This document shows positions 13,361-25,450 of a stretch of DNA of 64,000 nt, in pieces. This stretch comes from the human T2T-CHM13v2.0 reference genome, Homo sapiens: the NCBI RefSeq assembly GCF_009914755.1, contig NC_060936.1; one strand, written 5' to 3'. A model generated the notes under the pieces. The model was given only the letters and a program-made list of their open reading frames with translations, was not told the origin of the DNA and made no database searches. Within the stretch, counting starts at the first letter, position 1. Each line of letters starts with the position of its first letter. The translations under genes and the position numbers were made by a program.

Positions 13361-13454
13361 TCCCCTGGCCCGGCATGTGTGTCTTCTCTGCAGGCCCAGC
13401 AGCCATGGTCCATTATAAGACTGAACAGGACGACTGGCTGATCGTCTGCCTGAA
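13361..13454 (+). pseudogene. Partial duplicate of the TSPAN11 exon 2 acceptor and 5' coding portion (MVHYKTEQDDWLIVCL)
   Basis: Ungapped alignment to 14581-14674 (offset 1220) with 11 mismatches in 94 nt; acceptor and Kozak ATG (13405) retained. Confidence 0.93.
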
Positions 13455-13809
13455 TAAGCATAAGCCATGCCTCATTGCTTATGGTTCTGAAATAAAAAGA
13501 GGTTCCCAAAATGGGGGTAATTTCTTAAAGAGCAACTACTCTGTGAGTGTGGGTGTGCAGGTGCCCAGGGGCACATGCAGCTCGAGGAGAAGAGGAAACT
13601 ACAAAGGCTTCAGACTTTCTGAGGTTCAGACTGAGAAGCAAACAGGATTACCAGGCACAGTAGGCCCTCTCTGCCTGTATCACCACCATTGATGTCATAC
13701 TTCCCAGAGAGTCCATCAGTGGGCATCAGAGCGAGGGACAGCATGGTGCTGGGGTAAAGACGGGAGTTTTAGGACTAGAGTCTTAGGCTCTAGCCCCAGT
13801 TCTTTGACA

Positions 13810-14035
13810 TGTAATAATAGCTAACATTGAACACTTATTACATGCCAAGGACTATGTTAAACACTTCACATAGATTATTTCATTTAATCTTCAAAACAAC
13901 CCTATGATATATGTGTCATTATTATCCCCATTTACAGATGAGAATGCTGAGGGATGGGAGGTCATGTAACTTGCCCAAAGTATCACACATCTTGTGACAG
14001 ATCAGGGTGTGAACCCAGAGAGTCAGACTCCAGAG
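13810..14035 (-). mobile_element. MIR, lying between the duplicate and the real exon 2
   Basis: Antisense MIR: aatagctaacattgaacacttatt...ccccatttacagatgagaatgctgagg...acttgcccaaag. Confidence 0.75.
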
Positions 14036-14624
14036 GCTCTTGTGCTTCTTCCTGCCAAACCACCAGGCCTGTCTGGGCCTGCTTCCTCATCTGAAAAGTC
14101 AAGCTGCAGCGGCCAGGTGGGGTGGACTGGGTGATCACTGGGGCCCTTTCCAACACAGGTGCTCTGCTCTGGGGCTCAGGCCACACCTGTGGATGCAGAG
14201 TCCTGTTCAAATGATGCAGAGTGCAAGTTTCCTATGCAAAGTAGTGATGCTGAGTGTGTGTGTGCGTGTAGGACAGGTAAACTTGTGTCCTGCAACCCTG
14301 GTGAGACAGGAAAAGAGATTAAGAACACAGTAAGACCAGCGCAAATTCCGTGGGAGACTTGTAGGTTAGACCTTTGTCAAGAGGACAAAACTGACATCTA
14401 AAGGTCTGGAAGATTCTGCCCCAATTCACCTCTATTTGGTCTCCTTAGCAATTCCCACATCTTTGCTCCATGCTGCACATGCAGGGCCTCAAAGCCCCCG
14501 GAAGATAGGTTAATGAGCCCTTTGAAGGGAGCCTTGCCAAGATGCTCTGGCTCTGGGAAGGACAAGGTGGTTCTCGGTGATTCCCCGGCCCAGCATATGT
14601 GTCTTCTCTGCAGGCCCAGAAGCC

Positions 14625-14708
14625 ATGGCCCACTATAAGACTGAGCAGGACGACTGGCTGATCATCTACTTGAAGTATTTACTCTTTGTCTTCAACTTCT
14701 TCTTCTGG
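14625..14708 (+). CDS. TSPAN11: TSPAN11 first coding exon (exon 2; exon starts 14614), MAHYKTEQDDWLIIYLKYLLFVFNFFFW
   Basis: Acceptor tcttctctgcag ends at 14613; Kozak GCCATGG; 84 nt/28 codons with the tetraspanin N-terminal LKYLLFVFNFFFW motif; donor TGG/gtgagt at 14709. Confidence 0.97.
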
Positions 14709-16169
14709 GTGAGTGAATTCTGCACACACATCCTCTTCCCCGAGCACTGAATGAGTCAAGCCACCTTTTGTTTTTTTGTGTCACCACTTTGAGGTTGATA
14801 TCTTCCAAATCAAAGATCAACGATCAACCGTGGGTGAATTCTTCCCACTTTAAAGCAAATATGTACATTTGCTACTGAGAAAGAAGAAAAGAATTGGGTC
14901 TGCAGGTTGGCATGGAGTTTGTACCACATGGCATCTGAATAGAGGCACAAACATAACAATAGGCTTTGTGTTCTAGCCCTGCTGTACAAAGGGTCCGGTT
15001 CTTTCTTCCCCACTAACTTGTTGCACCAGCGCCTTTTGGAAAATGTGACTGCCTGAAATAATAACTTGTTTTCCACTGAAATCCATTCACCTTTCATGGT
15101 TAACATTCTCCAGGCCCAGGGCAGAGAAACAGAAGTCCTGGAGGCTCCAACTACTGCTGCCTGTGATGAAAATAATCTCTATGGCAACTCTCCTCAGGAG
15201 CCTGCCTGGGTGAGGTCTTCCAGAGGAGTGTAGTCTGTCCACTTGAAGCAATCATCTGGGTAATTGGGAGCAGAATACCATCAGTTCCCAAAAATAGACA
15301 CTGGAATATATATATTTGTTATTACAGTCTCACTAAATTTGAGAAGGTAGAAGAGTGACAAGAGTGCAGGCTTTGCAGGCAGCTGTACCCATGCTCTGCT
15401 GACTACTAATGGTGGAGCCTTGGGCAACTTACCTAACTTCAAGGAATCTGCTTCCCCAGCTGCAATTCAATGATAATTTCTAGCCTGTTGGGGTTGCATT
15501 CAGTAAATGCAGTATTTTGAATATATTAGATGTCAAATGCCTGAAAATACCACCAAATCAACCCATGATAAGGCATAGCTGGGCTTCCTGCTACCATGGT
15601 GAGGGAGAAGACACTTGACAGAGTCTTAGAAGCATCTCAGAAAGGCAAATGCAAAAGTGGGGGACATGTCTGAGTTTTCAGGGTCTTTCTTGCAGGGGCT
15701 TGCTTAAGATTGGGAAAGACCATGATGTGAGAGTTTAGGATGGGTAGACATGGCAAGGCAAGAGTTTTGAAGAGTCTTGGAGAATAAACCAGTCATTAGA
15801 TGCTATCTGTTAAAAAGTTGTGCGATCTGCTATTTGTTTAAATGTTGTTTGCAAAGTTCCTGAAAGGAATAATAAAATAATTTGTCACTTTTATCTTCCT
15901 GGGCAAGAGTTTCCTGCAATAGTGAAGTTGTGATGATGAAGATGGTGCAATAATAAAGCTGTGTTGATATGGATAGTAAACTGTGTGGTAGAGATGGTTT
16001 CCATTCTGAGAGACAAATCCAATAGGATGATTAGGATTCTTGCTAAGTAAGCATTTCTTTTTAAGAATAACTATTTATTTCCTGATTATAAAAGTCTTAT
16101 GTATCCACTACAGATAACCTCTAAAATATTAAAAAATATCGTAAAATAAAAATTGTTCTTATCTCATTA

Positions 16170-16607
16170 AGTTCATTTCAAAATGCCATAAACTGGATGG
16201 CTTCAAACAACAAAAATTTATTCTCTCACAGTTCTGGAGGCTAAAAGTCAAAAATCAAGGTGTCACAGGGCCAAGCTCCCTATGAGACTTGGATAGAATC
16301 TTTCCTCGCCTCACCCCAGCTTCTGGTTGTGGCTGCTGATTCTTGGCACTCCTTGGCTTGTGGCTGCATCACTATAGTCTCCAAGGCCTCTGTCATCACA
16401 CACTGTTGTCCGTGTGTGTCTCTGTCTTCACATGATGTTTTCTTCTTACAAGGACACCAGTCATATTAGATTAGGGCCCACCCTAATGACCTCATCTTAA
16501 CTTGATTACATCTGTGAATATCATATTTCCAAATAAGGCCACATTCACAGGTACCAAGGGTAAGGATTTCGACATATCTTTTGGGGGACCCAGTCCAACC
16601 CAAACCA
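16170..16607 (-). mobile_element. MLT1C-like MaLR solo LTR
   Basis: aaacaacaaaaatttattctctcacagttctggaggct...ggacaccagtcatattagattagggcccaccctaatgacctcatcttaac. Confidence 0.75.
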
Positions 16608-18259
16608 CTGGCCACCCCAGGAACAGCCTCTGTTGACATTCCCTCTAGACTTTGCTTTGATCAGGGCAGGAGACGGTGGTGACTTACATTGTGGGAGTGT
16701 CAATGGGGATCTAAATATTTGCAGAGAGTGAAGGGATTTATAAGGTGAAATTGTCAAGATTGGGTCCTTAACCTAAAAAGGCATCTGGGACATGTGGATG
16801 GTGGATGGTAGAGCTCTTCATTGTAAACAAGAGACCAAGGTTCAGCTTCAGTCTCCAATAGCGCTGGCTTTAAGACTTTTGGGATCTTGTCCCATGTAAG
16901 ATATACACTGAAGCATAAAGAATAGTTACGTGGAACATTGTTCACCAAAGTAAGCTTTACGCTTATGGTGTGTGATGCACTCAGATATTTTTTTCTATTT
17001 TGATTCTTTCCTTCTTTTCGTTTTTAGTGCAGCTTACAACCCACTAAACTTATATCACAACCCTAATGGGTCACATTCCAAAGTTTGAAAAATTCAGAGC
17101 CATCTTCACCTCCACCTGAACGAGGGCAGACTTCAGGTGGCAATCCTTCCCCATCACCCTGTCCCTCACTCCCACCTCCCCCTGGCCCCTGCCACCTAGA
17201 ATTTCAGTTAAGCTGATGTCGATTGGATGATCCTACAAAGCAGGGAAGGAACCAAAAACGCTGACACTTTCATGCCTCCTTTGGGACCGTAAAAGAAAAT
17301 GTGGTCCAGGGTTTCCTCTGTGGCCACCCAGGAGATGTTTCTTTCCCCTCCGTTTTCTTCCATGGCTCCCTACGGTGCCCATCGCCCCTGCAATGGTGTT
17401 CTCTAACTTATTATTTTATTCAGCTGCTTGGCTGTGTTAATAATCAAAACGTTTCTAGCCCCCCAGGCACTCTGTCAGGCTATGGGGAGCACTGAGGAAG
17501 CAGCTGCTCCCTTGCCTGGAGAGGCTGCCTCTGCTCCAGAAGCTGTGTCCTGCCCTTGAGCATTAGCTGAGGCCTTGGTATTTCCCCGGGGACCGGGGAT
17601 ACATGGGGCTAAGACAGGTGGCAGAGAAGATGGAGGACTTGAACCCCAGCAGGGGAGTGCGATGACTTGAGAGCATCACTTCAGGAGTCAGGGAGGCCGT
17701 GGGAGGGAAGCACCTTCTGCCGAGTCTCAAAGCCCTTCTCTTCGTACATCAACATCCCACTGAACGTGGCTGCTGCCCACCTTCCAGGCTTGCCATCTAA
17801 GAAAGAACAGGTGATGGCTTTTCTGCTGCACCCCTTTTTGAGTTGCTGAATGGCCTGGGACCCCCCCCCCCACACCATGGTCTTCTGCCCCTCTGTGCTG
17901 CCAGGATCTGCTGGGAGACAGGGTCACAGTCGAGGGGGATATGCATTTGGTCTGCACAGTGCCGTGGCAGGTGAGACAAGTCAGGATGAAGCCTGGGATA
18001 ACCCCTTCTAGCTGCTCTGCTGTAGCTCAGGACTCTAGGCCTGCTGTAGCCCAGACACCAATGACTTGCTTCCCGGCCAAGCAGCTTCATTGTGGGTCAG
18101 CAGCCCAATTGGTTAAATGGGCACTAAACTGAGCATTAGGATTCCTAATTTCCGCTCTCCATGCTTCCTTTGGCTTTCTTGTGTGACTATGGAAAAGCCA
18201 CTTCTCTCTAGGCCTTGGTTTCTCCATCCAGAATATAAAAGGGGTTGAAATCAATCAAT

Positions 18260-18452
18260 CCCTCCCTCCCTCCCTCCCTCCCTTCCTCCCTTGCTTCCTT
18301 CCATCCTCCTGTCCTGCCTCCCTCCCTCCCTCCCTCCCTTCTTTCCTTCCTTCCTTCCCTCCTTCCTTCCTTCCCTCCTTCCCTCCCTCCCTCCCTCCTT
18401 CCTTCCTTCCTTCCTTCCCTCCCTCCCTCCCTCCTTCCTTCCTTCCTTCCTT
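18260..18452. repeat. (CCTT/CCCT)n polypyrimidine microsatellite
   Basis: Directly visible ~190 bp tract. Confidence 0.95.
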
Positions 18453-20168
18453 ACATGTGTAGCCCTCTGCTAGGGATATTAAGATGAACGAAGTTTAATC
18501 AAGAGGCTAAAAGAGGAGGCACACAAGGTAACCAATAAAATAAATAGAGTATGAGTGTAACTATGGAAACGTGCAAGACCTGGAGTTGGTACAGAGGACA
18601 GAATGATTTGCTGGGAGAGGGGGGCAGGGACAGCTCCAAGGAAGGTTTCCTCTGGGCTCTGAGCTGGGTTTGGAAGATGAACAGGTGATCTCATGTTCCC
18701 TCCCAGCTCCACCCCTCAGTAAGACTCATGAGATTTTGCTCTTGTTATAGGGGTAGATGGGACTGGGGAAGACAGCAGAGGAGGTAGTGTTCTGATTTAT
18801 TTTATCAAGGGCTCTTTAAAGCCAGAAAGCCAAAAACAAGGATGCCTCAAAGTGGGAAATAGCCCTTAGCATAACAAGCCTATCCTTGAAGATTCCATAA
18901 ACCAAGGCAGCAGGAGCATGGGCAGAGCTGGGGAGAAATGCATGCCTGGCACTCAGAGAAGGTCATTCATGAGGAGGGTGAGCAGCAGCACCTGATGCAC
19001 GCTTTCATGTGCCCTCCTGGAGAGCTCGGCATTTTGGGCGTGGGACTGGGGTGCCGTCCACCCTGCCTGCATGTGGGTATAGGGCTCAGCTGTGCTCTCT
19101 CGGGGCTGCAGTCTAAGGTTCAGCTGACTCTTCTGATGTGGGAATGGGAAGCCATTCTGTAAAAGAAACTGAGTCTTGTTCAGACCTGGTCTCCCAGTCC
19201 TCTCCCTGAGCCCCCATGCTGTGTTTGCTCCCCAAACTAGACCCATTCACTTCTCCGTCATAGCAGAAGTCACTCTGGTGGTTACTAAGTCAGGTCTTTC
19301 AACCCAGTGTCCTACAAGTGATCCTGGGGCAGGGGCAGGGGCAGTGGCAGTGTCAGGCATGGGTCCCTTGATGGCCCAAGAGCGTGGCATCATTGTAGCA
19401 GGTGCACAGTGGGTATTGGTTGAAAGAAAGTATGAGAGTAACCAAGCATCAGTCTGACCTTAAGATACCGAGGGCGCAACCCCAGCCTTTCCAGGAGCCT
19501 CTTCTTAATGACCCAGAGAAAAAGCCTATTCCTCTCTGGGACTACTGGGACTTTGTGGACTGCCCCTTTAAAAATCAAAACAGCCATAAAGCAGGAAAGA
19601 GAAACACTAGCTGTTGCCCCAGAAGCTCGGCAGACAGAGGCAGGTAGGGGAGCAGATGCCATTTCCACAGCCCTCTACAGAGCCTCATCCACTGAGTCTC
19701 ACACTCACTGGGGCGGCTCCCGGGTACCAGGCCGTGTGCTGGGCCGCGTTCTGAGGGGAGTGAGGGGACTTTCCCTGCCCCAAGTGTCAAGGGCTGCTGT
19801 GAGGTGAGCAGCACCACAGGCATGCAGGAGAGGGATGAACTCACCTGCCCAGGACAGAGCAGGTGCCACACTCAAAATCTCAAAATGGGCCTTAGAGGGT
19901 GTGTAGGAGTTCAACGGAAGAGAAAGGGCAGAGAGAACAATGCGTGAAAGGTGGGCAGGAAAAAGAGAGAGCCTCCCTGAGGCCCACAGAGGCTGTGTTG
20001 CTTATCCAAATCCACACAGCCAGTAAACAGAAGGCTTGGACTCGGACACCGCGCCACGCCCTGGAGTTCACGCTGTTTACCACTCTGCTAATAGTGCCTG
20101 AGTTACTAGGTAACCACACTGTTTTCAAGAAGAAGCAACTACTTAGTTCAAAGTGATTAAAACCCAGG

Positions 20169-20350
20169 AAAAAAAATACAAAAATTAGCCAGGCGTGGTG
20201 GCGCGTGCCTGTAATCCTAGCTACTCAGGAGACTGAGGCAGGAGAATCGCTTGAACCTGGGAGGCGGAGGTTGCAGTGAGCCGAGATCACGCCACTGTGC
20301 TCCAGGCTGCGCGACCGAGTGAGACTCTGTCTCAAAAAAAAAAAAAAAAA
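20169..20350 (+). mobile_element. 5'-truncated Alu (right arm only)
   Basis: Linker AAAAATACAAAAA, right arm and poly(A); TSD AAAACCCAGG/AAAACCGAGG. Confidence 0.9.
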
Positions 20351-21311
20351 AAAACCGAGGTGTGGGGGGAAGAAAGTACCAGAAGATGATGCCAAAAAGT
20401 CAGGTTAAGGCCAGACAGTAAGAGCACCGAGGCCATGCAAAAGAGTTTTTGGGCTTGGTGCCTGGGGCATGGGAGCTGGTGGGGACTTCTCAGCCGGGGG
20501 TGCCTTGGGGGATCAGCCTGTGGGCGGAACAGGAGCCAGGAGCCGGGAGCCAACTGAGGTGGGGAACCGAGGTGGACAGTGTGGCGGGGAGATGGAGACA
20601 GGTTTGAGGGCAGAGGGGAATTGGCACATGGTTGTCATTGAGAGAAGGAGGAGCCTACAGTGACCCTGTGGTGTCTGTGGGTGGGTGGGTGGGTGGGTGA
20701 TGGCGCGGCGCCATGTATGAGACTGAGCAGGGAGGAGGAGCACAGATGATGAGTGTGGTTCCCATGGGTGAGCTCCTGTCCAACCCAGAGACTTTTCAGT
20801 CCAGTGTGGGGCTTGGCATGTAGCAGGTGGCCAGTAAACACAAAGTCTACTATCACCCTGTACACTTCCCATCACCCTGTGCATTTCCCGCATCCTGAGC
20901 CATGGGCTCCTCCTCACTGAGGGTGGAGAACTCCCCTCCGCAGAGGATCCTTCCTTATTGGGATTCAAGTGTTCCTGGCTCCTGCCCCATCCCTTTCCTT
21001 CCTTCATTGCAGAAGCCCTATGGTAGCGAGACAAAGAAAAACGCCTACATTTACTTTTATACCCTCTGCCTGCTTTCCTCCAGATCTGCTGCCTTATTTC
21101 TCTCGGCCCCTCAGGCATGTGCAGCCACTCAGGTTAATGCTTCACCCCATCATGTTTCTTTCCTATGAACATAAAGTTCCTAAAATTACACAACAGGGGT
21201 GACCTGCTCCGCCCCTCCTGGCCAGCTTGCGTCCTTGTCGCCTGGCTTCACCCTCTGCAGGGCTTGCTGGCTAGTCGGCCACAGGCTATGGCTTTGAAAA
21301 ATGTAGTTATT

Positions 21312-21599
<288 letters not shown>

Positions 21600-22553
21600 G
21601 AAAAATGTAGTTATTACCCTCATGGAAAACCACGCTAGATTCTGTAAAGAGCCAAATACTGTTGAATCAACTGTATGCCAATGGTTGTTGAATAGTTCAC
21701 TGGGGTCAGATCTCTCCCCACTCCATCAAATCCCTCTTCCTGCCTCTTCTGCTGCTTTCTGCTGACTTAGGCAGTTTCCAGGCGGCTTGAGTGACAGCCA
21801 TGAGCCATTAATTCAGAACCATCTTGCCGGAGGTTCTTTGACAGAAGCTTGACTTCTGGTACCAGCAGGGACAGTTTAACCATATGGAAGGGACCTCAGA
21901 TACGGTCCCATCCAGTGCCCCCAGTTTACAGATGAAGAAACTGAGGCTTAGAGGGGCTGCATATCTGTCCCACAATCATGTGGTTAGTCAGGGACACAGT
22001 CAGAACTAGAACCCAGGCTGCTGACTTCTGCCCTCCCGTGACCCCCTCTGGTGACCCATCCAACAGTGAGCAGTGTTAATTTTCCTGTCCAGAGAAAAGC
22101 TTGTTTTCTAAAGAGATGACCATGTCCCAAGCAGGTCTTCCAAAGGAATGAAACCCTCTCATTCCTTACAGCTAAGCCTAAGGACTGGGACGGGGTGGAG
22201 GCTCTCAAAACATTAGATCCTGGGGAAAAGTAATCAAAGGGGTTCCCAGTAGTTACAGGTTGGGAACCACTGGTCTAATACAACTCCCTGATTTAAGAGA
22301 TGAAGAAGCTGAGGTCCGGAGAGGTTAAGGGACTATGTTTAGGTCACACCGCTAGTTATGCAAAGTTGGGACCCTCACCCAAGCCTTCCAGGCATGCTGA
22401 AGGGGGCAAAAAGAATTCCGTGCAGGATATTTGGCTGCAAACCCTCACATTACACAATTTTATTGACCTAAACTCAGGAAATCCCTCACTGGTCATGGAG
22501 GTTGTGTGAGCCGCAGATAACCTATACCCACAGATAATTTTAAAACCTATTCT

Positions 22554-22733
22554 AGGATTTCATTGAATCTAAGATATCATCAGTGGTAAGACACACTATT
22601 GTTTTTTGTACCACTAAGAAAAACTACTGCCAAGTACAATTATAAAATACCATCAGTCATAAGATACATCCCAATTTTAGAGATGTTAAAATGTGAGAGA
22701 AAAATGTGTGCATCACGGAATTGAAGAAATCTG
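22554..22733. mobile_element. MER104-like TcMar MITE
   Basis: atttcattgaatctaagat...aattttagagatgttaaaatgtg...gaattgaagaaat inverted termini. Confidence 0.55.
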
Positions 22734-24139
22734 CGTGATAGCCACTCCCATTCTGTTTGCTGTAGCCCAGATGGTGTCCTTCCACCTGGCTCTTCCACCT
22801 GGTGGAGGTGCCAATGGAGATTAAATGGCACTTTGAAGAAATAGTATCTATTAAAAACACAGAGTAGAGGAGCAGGCCCAGCCCAGTCTGTGGGATCTGG
22901 GGACAGAGTCCTGGATTTGCTCTCAGGAGACATGGGGTTGAATCTCAATTCTAAAACTCATGGTGTCATCTTGGGCACAGTCTTATTCTCTTCAAGCCTC
23001 AATTTCCTCATCTGCAAAATGCAGAATATGTGCCCTGCCACCCTGCCCCATGCTCACAGAGCTGTTGCAAAGCTCAGAAGAGAAAATGGTAAATACATGT
23101 TCGTTTGCTCAACGGATGTCTGTGACTGCCCAGAACAGAGAACTGGGAAATGACAGGGTAGGTTATGTGGAGTCTTCCTGGGGCAGATGGGGAGCTCCTT
23201 TCAGTGACAAGGCTCAGGGGGCATGGACAGAGCCCAGGGCACTTCTCTAGCTTTGACCACGCCCAGGACTCCTTGAGGAAGCGTCCCACACCCATTAGAG
23301 AAAAGAGACCCATCCTTAAATGGGGGCAGGGAGACTAGCGGGCAGAAGTCCACCTTCCCAGGAGCAGATGGCAGAGACGGTCAGGGGTCCCAGGGGTCCT
23401 GTCCCCAAATCCTGGGCAAACACCCACATACTCCCCATCTGGCACCCTGAAGATGCTGTGCATGTGTGCATACACACACATTATGCCCTTCTGGGTCCAA
23501 CAGTCACAGAAAGAGTTACTTGGCTTCATTGCAAATAGAACCAGCCAAGCCCAGCCATCCCTGCTATATTTCCCAAGTACTCCAGTTTCTAAGGAGGCAT
23601 CCCCCTATCTGCAAATCAGGAGGGTCCTATCCCTCCCCTCTTCTCAGGACCAAAGGGGAATCAGACAATTAGCAAAAAAGTTTCTCCTCCTGCAGTCCCA
23701 GGCGGCTCCAGCCTGTCAAGAACCCTGACTCTTCAATCATGGAGGCAGTGTGACTGAGTGGGCAGGCCCTGGGCTCTGAGTTCTCCTCCTGTCTCTGCCC
23801 CTAACCCTGCCCCCAACTACAGGCAGGACCTTGGACAATTTACCTTTCCTCCGTGGGTCTCAGTTTCTTCCTCGTAGAGTAGGGATAAAAAGCCCAGCTG
23901 TGCTTCCCCAATGGGCAAACATAAGGATTAAACAAGGGGCGGTGCTCGAACGAGCCCCACCAGGGAAGTGCGGACAGAGGGAAGAAGTGCTCTGAAGGGA
24001 TAGGAGCCAGGGGTGGCAGGAGTTGGGGAGGTGAAAAGTTGGAGAAGCAAAGGGACTCAGATACGTTGATCATCCCTGAAACTGCAGTCCTCTCCCCTGG
24101 CCTCATACGCAATAGGCCACCAGGGTAAAAAGCACCGAA

Positions 24140-24320
24140 TTCACAGTCGGACCTGGATTCAAAACCTGGCTCTGCAGGTTGCTTACCTTGGACAAGTCTC
24201 CTAACCTCTCTCAGCCTCGATTTCCTCATCTGTAAAATTGGGTAACCATACCATTCTCGCCTCCTTTGGAGGACTGAATGAGCCAGTGCAAGAGAAGTGC
24301 CTGGCACCCTGTGGGCACTG
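24140..24320 (+). mobile_element. MIR immediately upstream of exon 3
   Basis: cctggattcaaaacctggctctgc...cctcgatttcctcatctgtaaaattggg...agtgcctggcac. Confidence 0.7.
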
Positions 24321-24381
24321 AACGGATAGCAGCTGCCGAGGCCCCCGCCACCCCCTGCTCTAACCCGGTGGTCTCCTGCAG

Positions 24382-24573
24382 GTCGGGGGAGCAGCCGTCC
24401 TGGCTGTGGGCATCTGGACCCTGGTGGAGAAGAGTGGCTACCTCAGCGTCCTGGCCTCCAGCACCTTTGCCGCCTCCGCCTACATCCTCATCTTTGCGGG
24501 CGTACTTGTCATGGTGACCGGCTTCCTGGGCTTCGGTGCCATCCTCTGGGAGCGGAAGGGCTGCCTCTCCACG
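24382..24573 (+). CDS. TSPAN11: TSPAN11 coding exon 3 (end of TM1, small extracellular loop, TM2), [12 protein letters not shown]...WERKGCLST
   Basis: ctcctgcag acceptor, ACG/gtcagt donor, 192 nt phase 0; typical tetraspanin GFLGFGA TM2. Confidence 0.97.
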
Positions 24574-24789
24574 GTCAGTGCCCGCCCTGTGCTCTGCAGG
24601 GATGGGGAGCCCTGCACCACCCAGTCAGGTTTCCAGCAAGTGAGAGGGGCCCCAGCCCTGGAGTGGGAGGGGCTGAGGCTGTGGGAGTGCCCGAGAAGGG
24701 GTGGCTGCTCCTGGGTCTGGGGTTTGCCACGGTCTCCAGGTTCTTAGGACCCAAGCAAGCAGGCGTCTCAGTAGCTGCAGTGGCAGCTC

Positions 24790-25015
24790 CTTCTCCGTAT
24801 CTCCATCTCTGTCTCCTCTCACTCCCCTTCTTCCTCTTCCTCTTCCTCCTTCTATTTCTTCTTCTCCTATTCTTCCTGGTCCTCTCCTTCTCCTTCTCCT
24901 ATTCTGTACCCTTCCCCTCCTCCTTATCCCGTTTCCTTCTTATTCTCTTTTTCCTCCTACTTCCCCTTCTCCTCTCCCTCTCCCTCTTCCTCCTCCTCTT
25001 CCTCTTCCTCTTTCT
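24790..25015. repeat. CT-rich low-complexity tract
   Basis: (CTC/CTT)n pyrimidine tract directly visible. Confidence 0.9.
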
Positions 25016-25019
25016 AGGT

Positions 25020-25450
25020 TTTTTTATGGCAATTTTCAAAGATATGCAAAAATAAAGAGTGTTTTTCATGAAGCTCCATCTTCCCTTCACCCAGAGTTCA
25101 ACAATTACCATCTCATAGCCGATCTTGGTTCCGTCCACTCTCTCACCTGCACCCTGCCCACTTCCTAACCCCAGGGTGATTCTGAAACAGTCCCAGACAG
25201 CATGTCATCTGTTAGAGTTTCAGTGTGTATCTCTAAACTTAAGGACCCTCTTCTAGAAAACATGATAACATTACCATTATCACACTTTAAAACAATTAAC
25301 AGTCATTCCTTAATATCATGAAATAACCAAGCAGTTTCACATCTTCCCAGTTGACCCATAAACTGTTGTTGTTGTGTTTACATTTGAGTTAGAATCTAAA
25401 TTAGGCTCGTGTGTTAAAATTGGTTGCTTATCTCCTACGTCTCCTAAAGT
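25020..25450 (-). mobile_element. L1MC-like 3' end
   Basis: ttcagtgtgtatctcta...accattatcacact...attccttaatatca resembles antisense L1MC 3' UTR. Confidence 0.55.

Noticed and set aside
13309-13692. 127-aa ORF as an independent gene
   Set aside because: Only 16 codons are TSPAN11-derived and the rest has no coding signature; treated as a partial exon duplicate instead.
20513-21118. 201-aa minus-strand ORF, and the similar 190-195 aa ORFs at 50375-50962
   Set aside because: No recognisable domain or supporting splice structure; expected by chance in GC-rich intronic DNA.
24663-25168. ORFs with long Leu/Phe or Pro/Ser runs resembling membrane proteins
   Set aside because: Translations of the CT-rich low-complexity tract.
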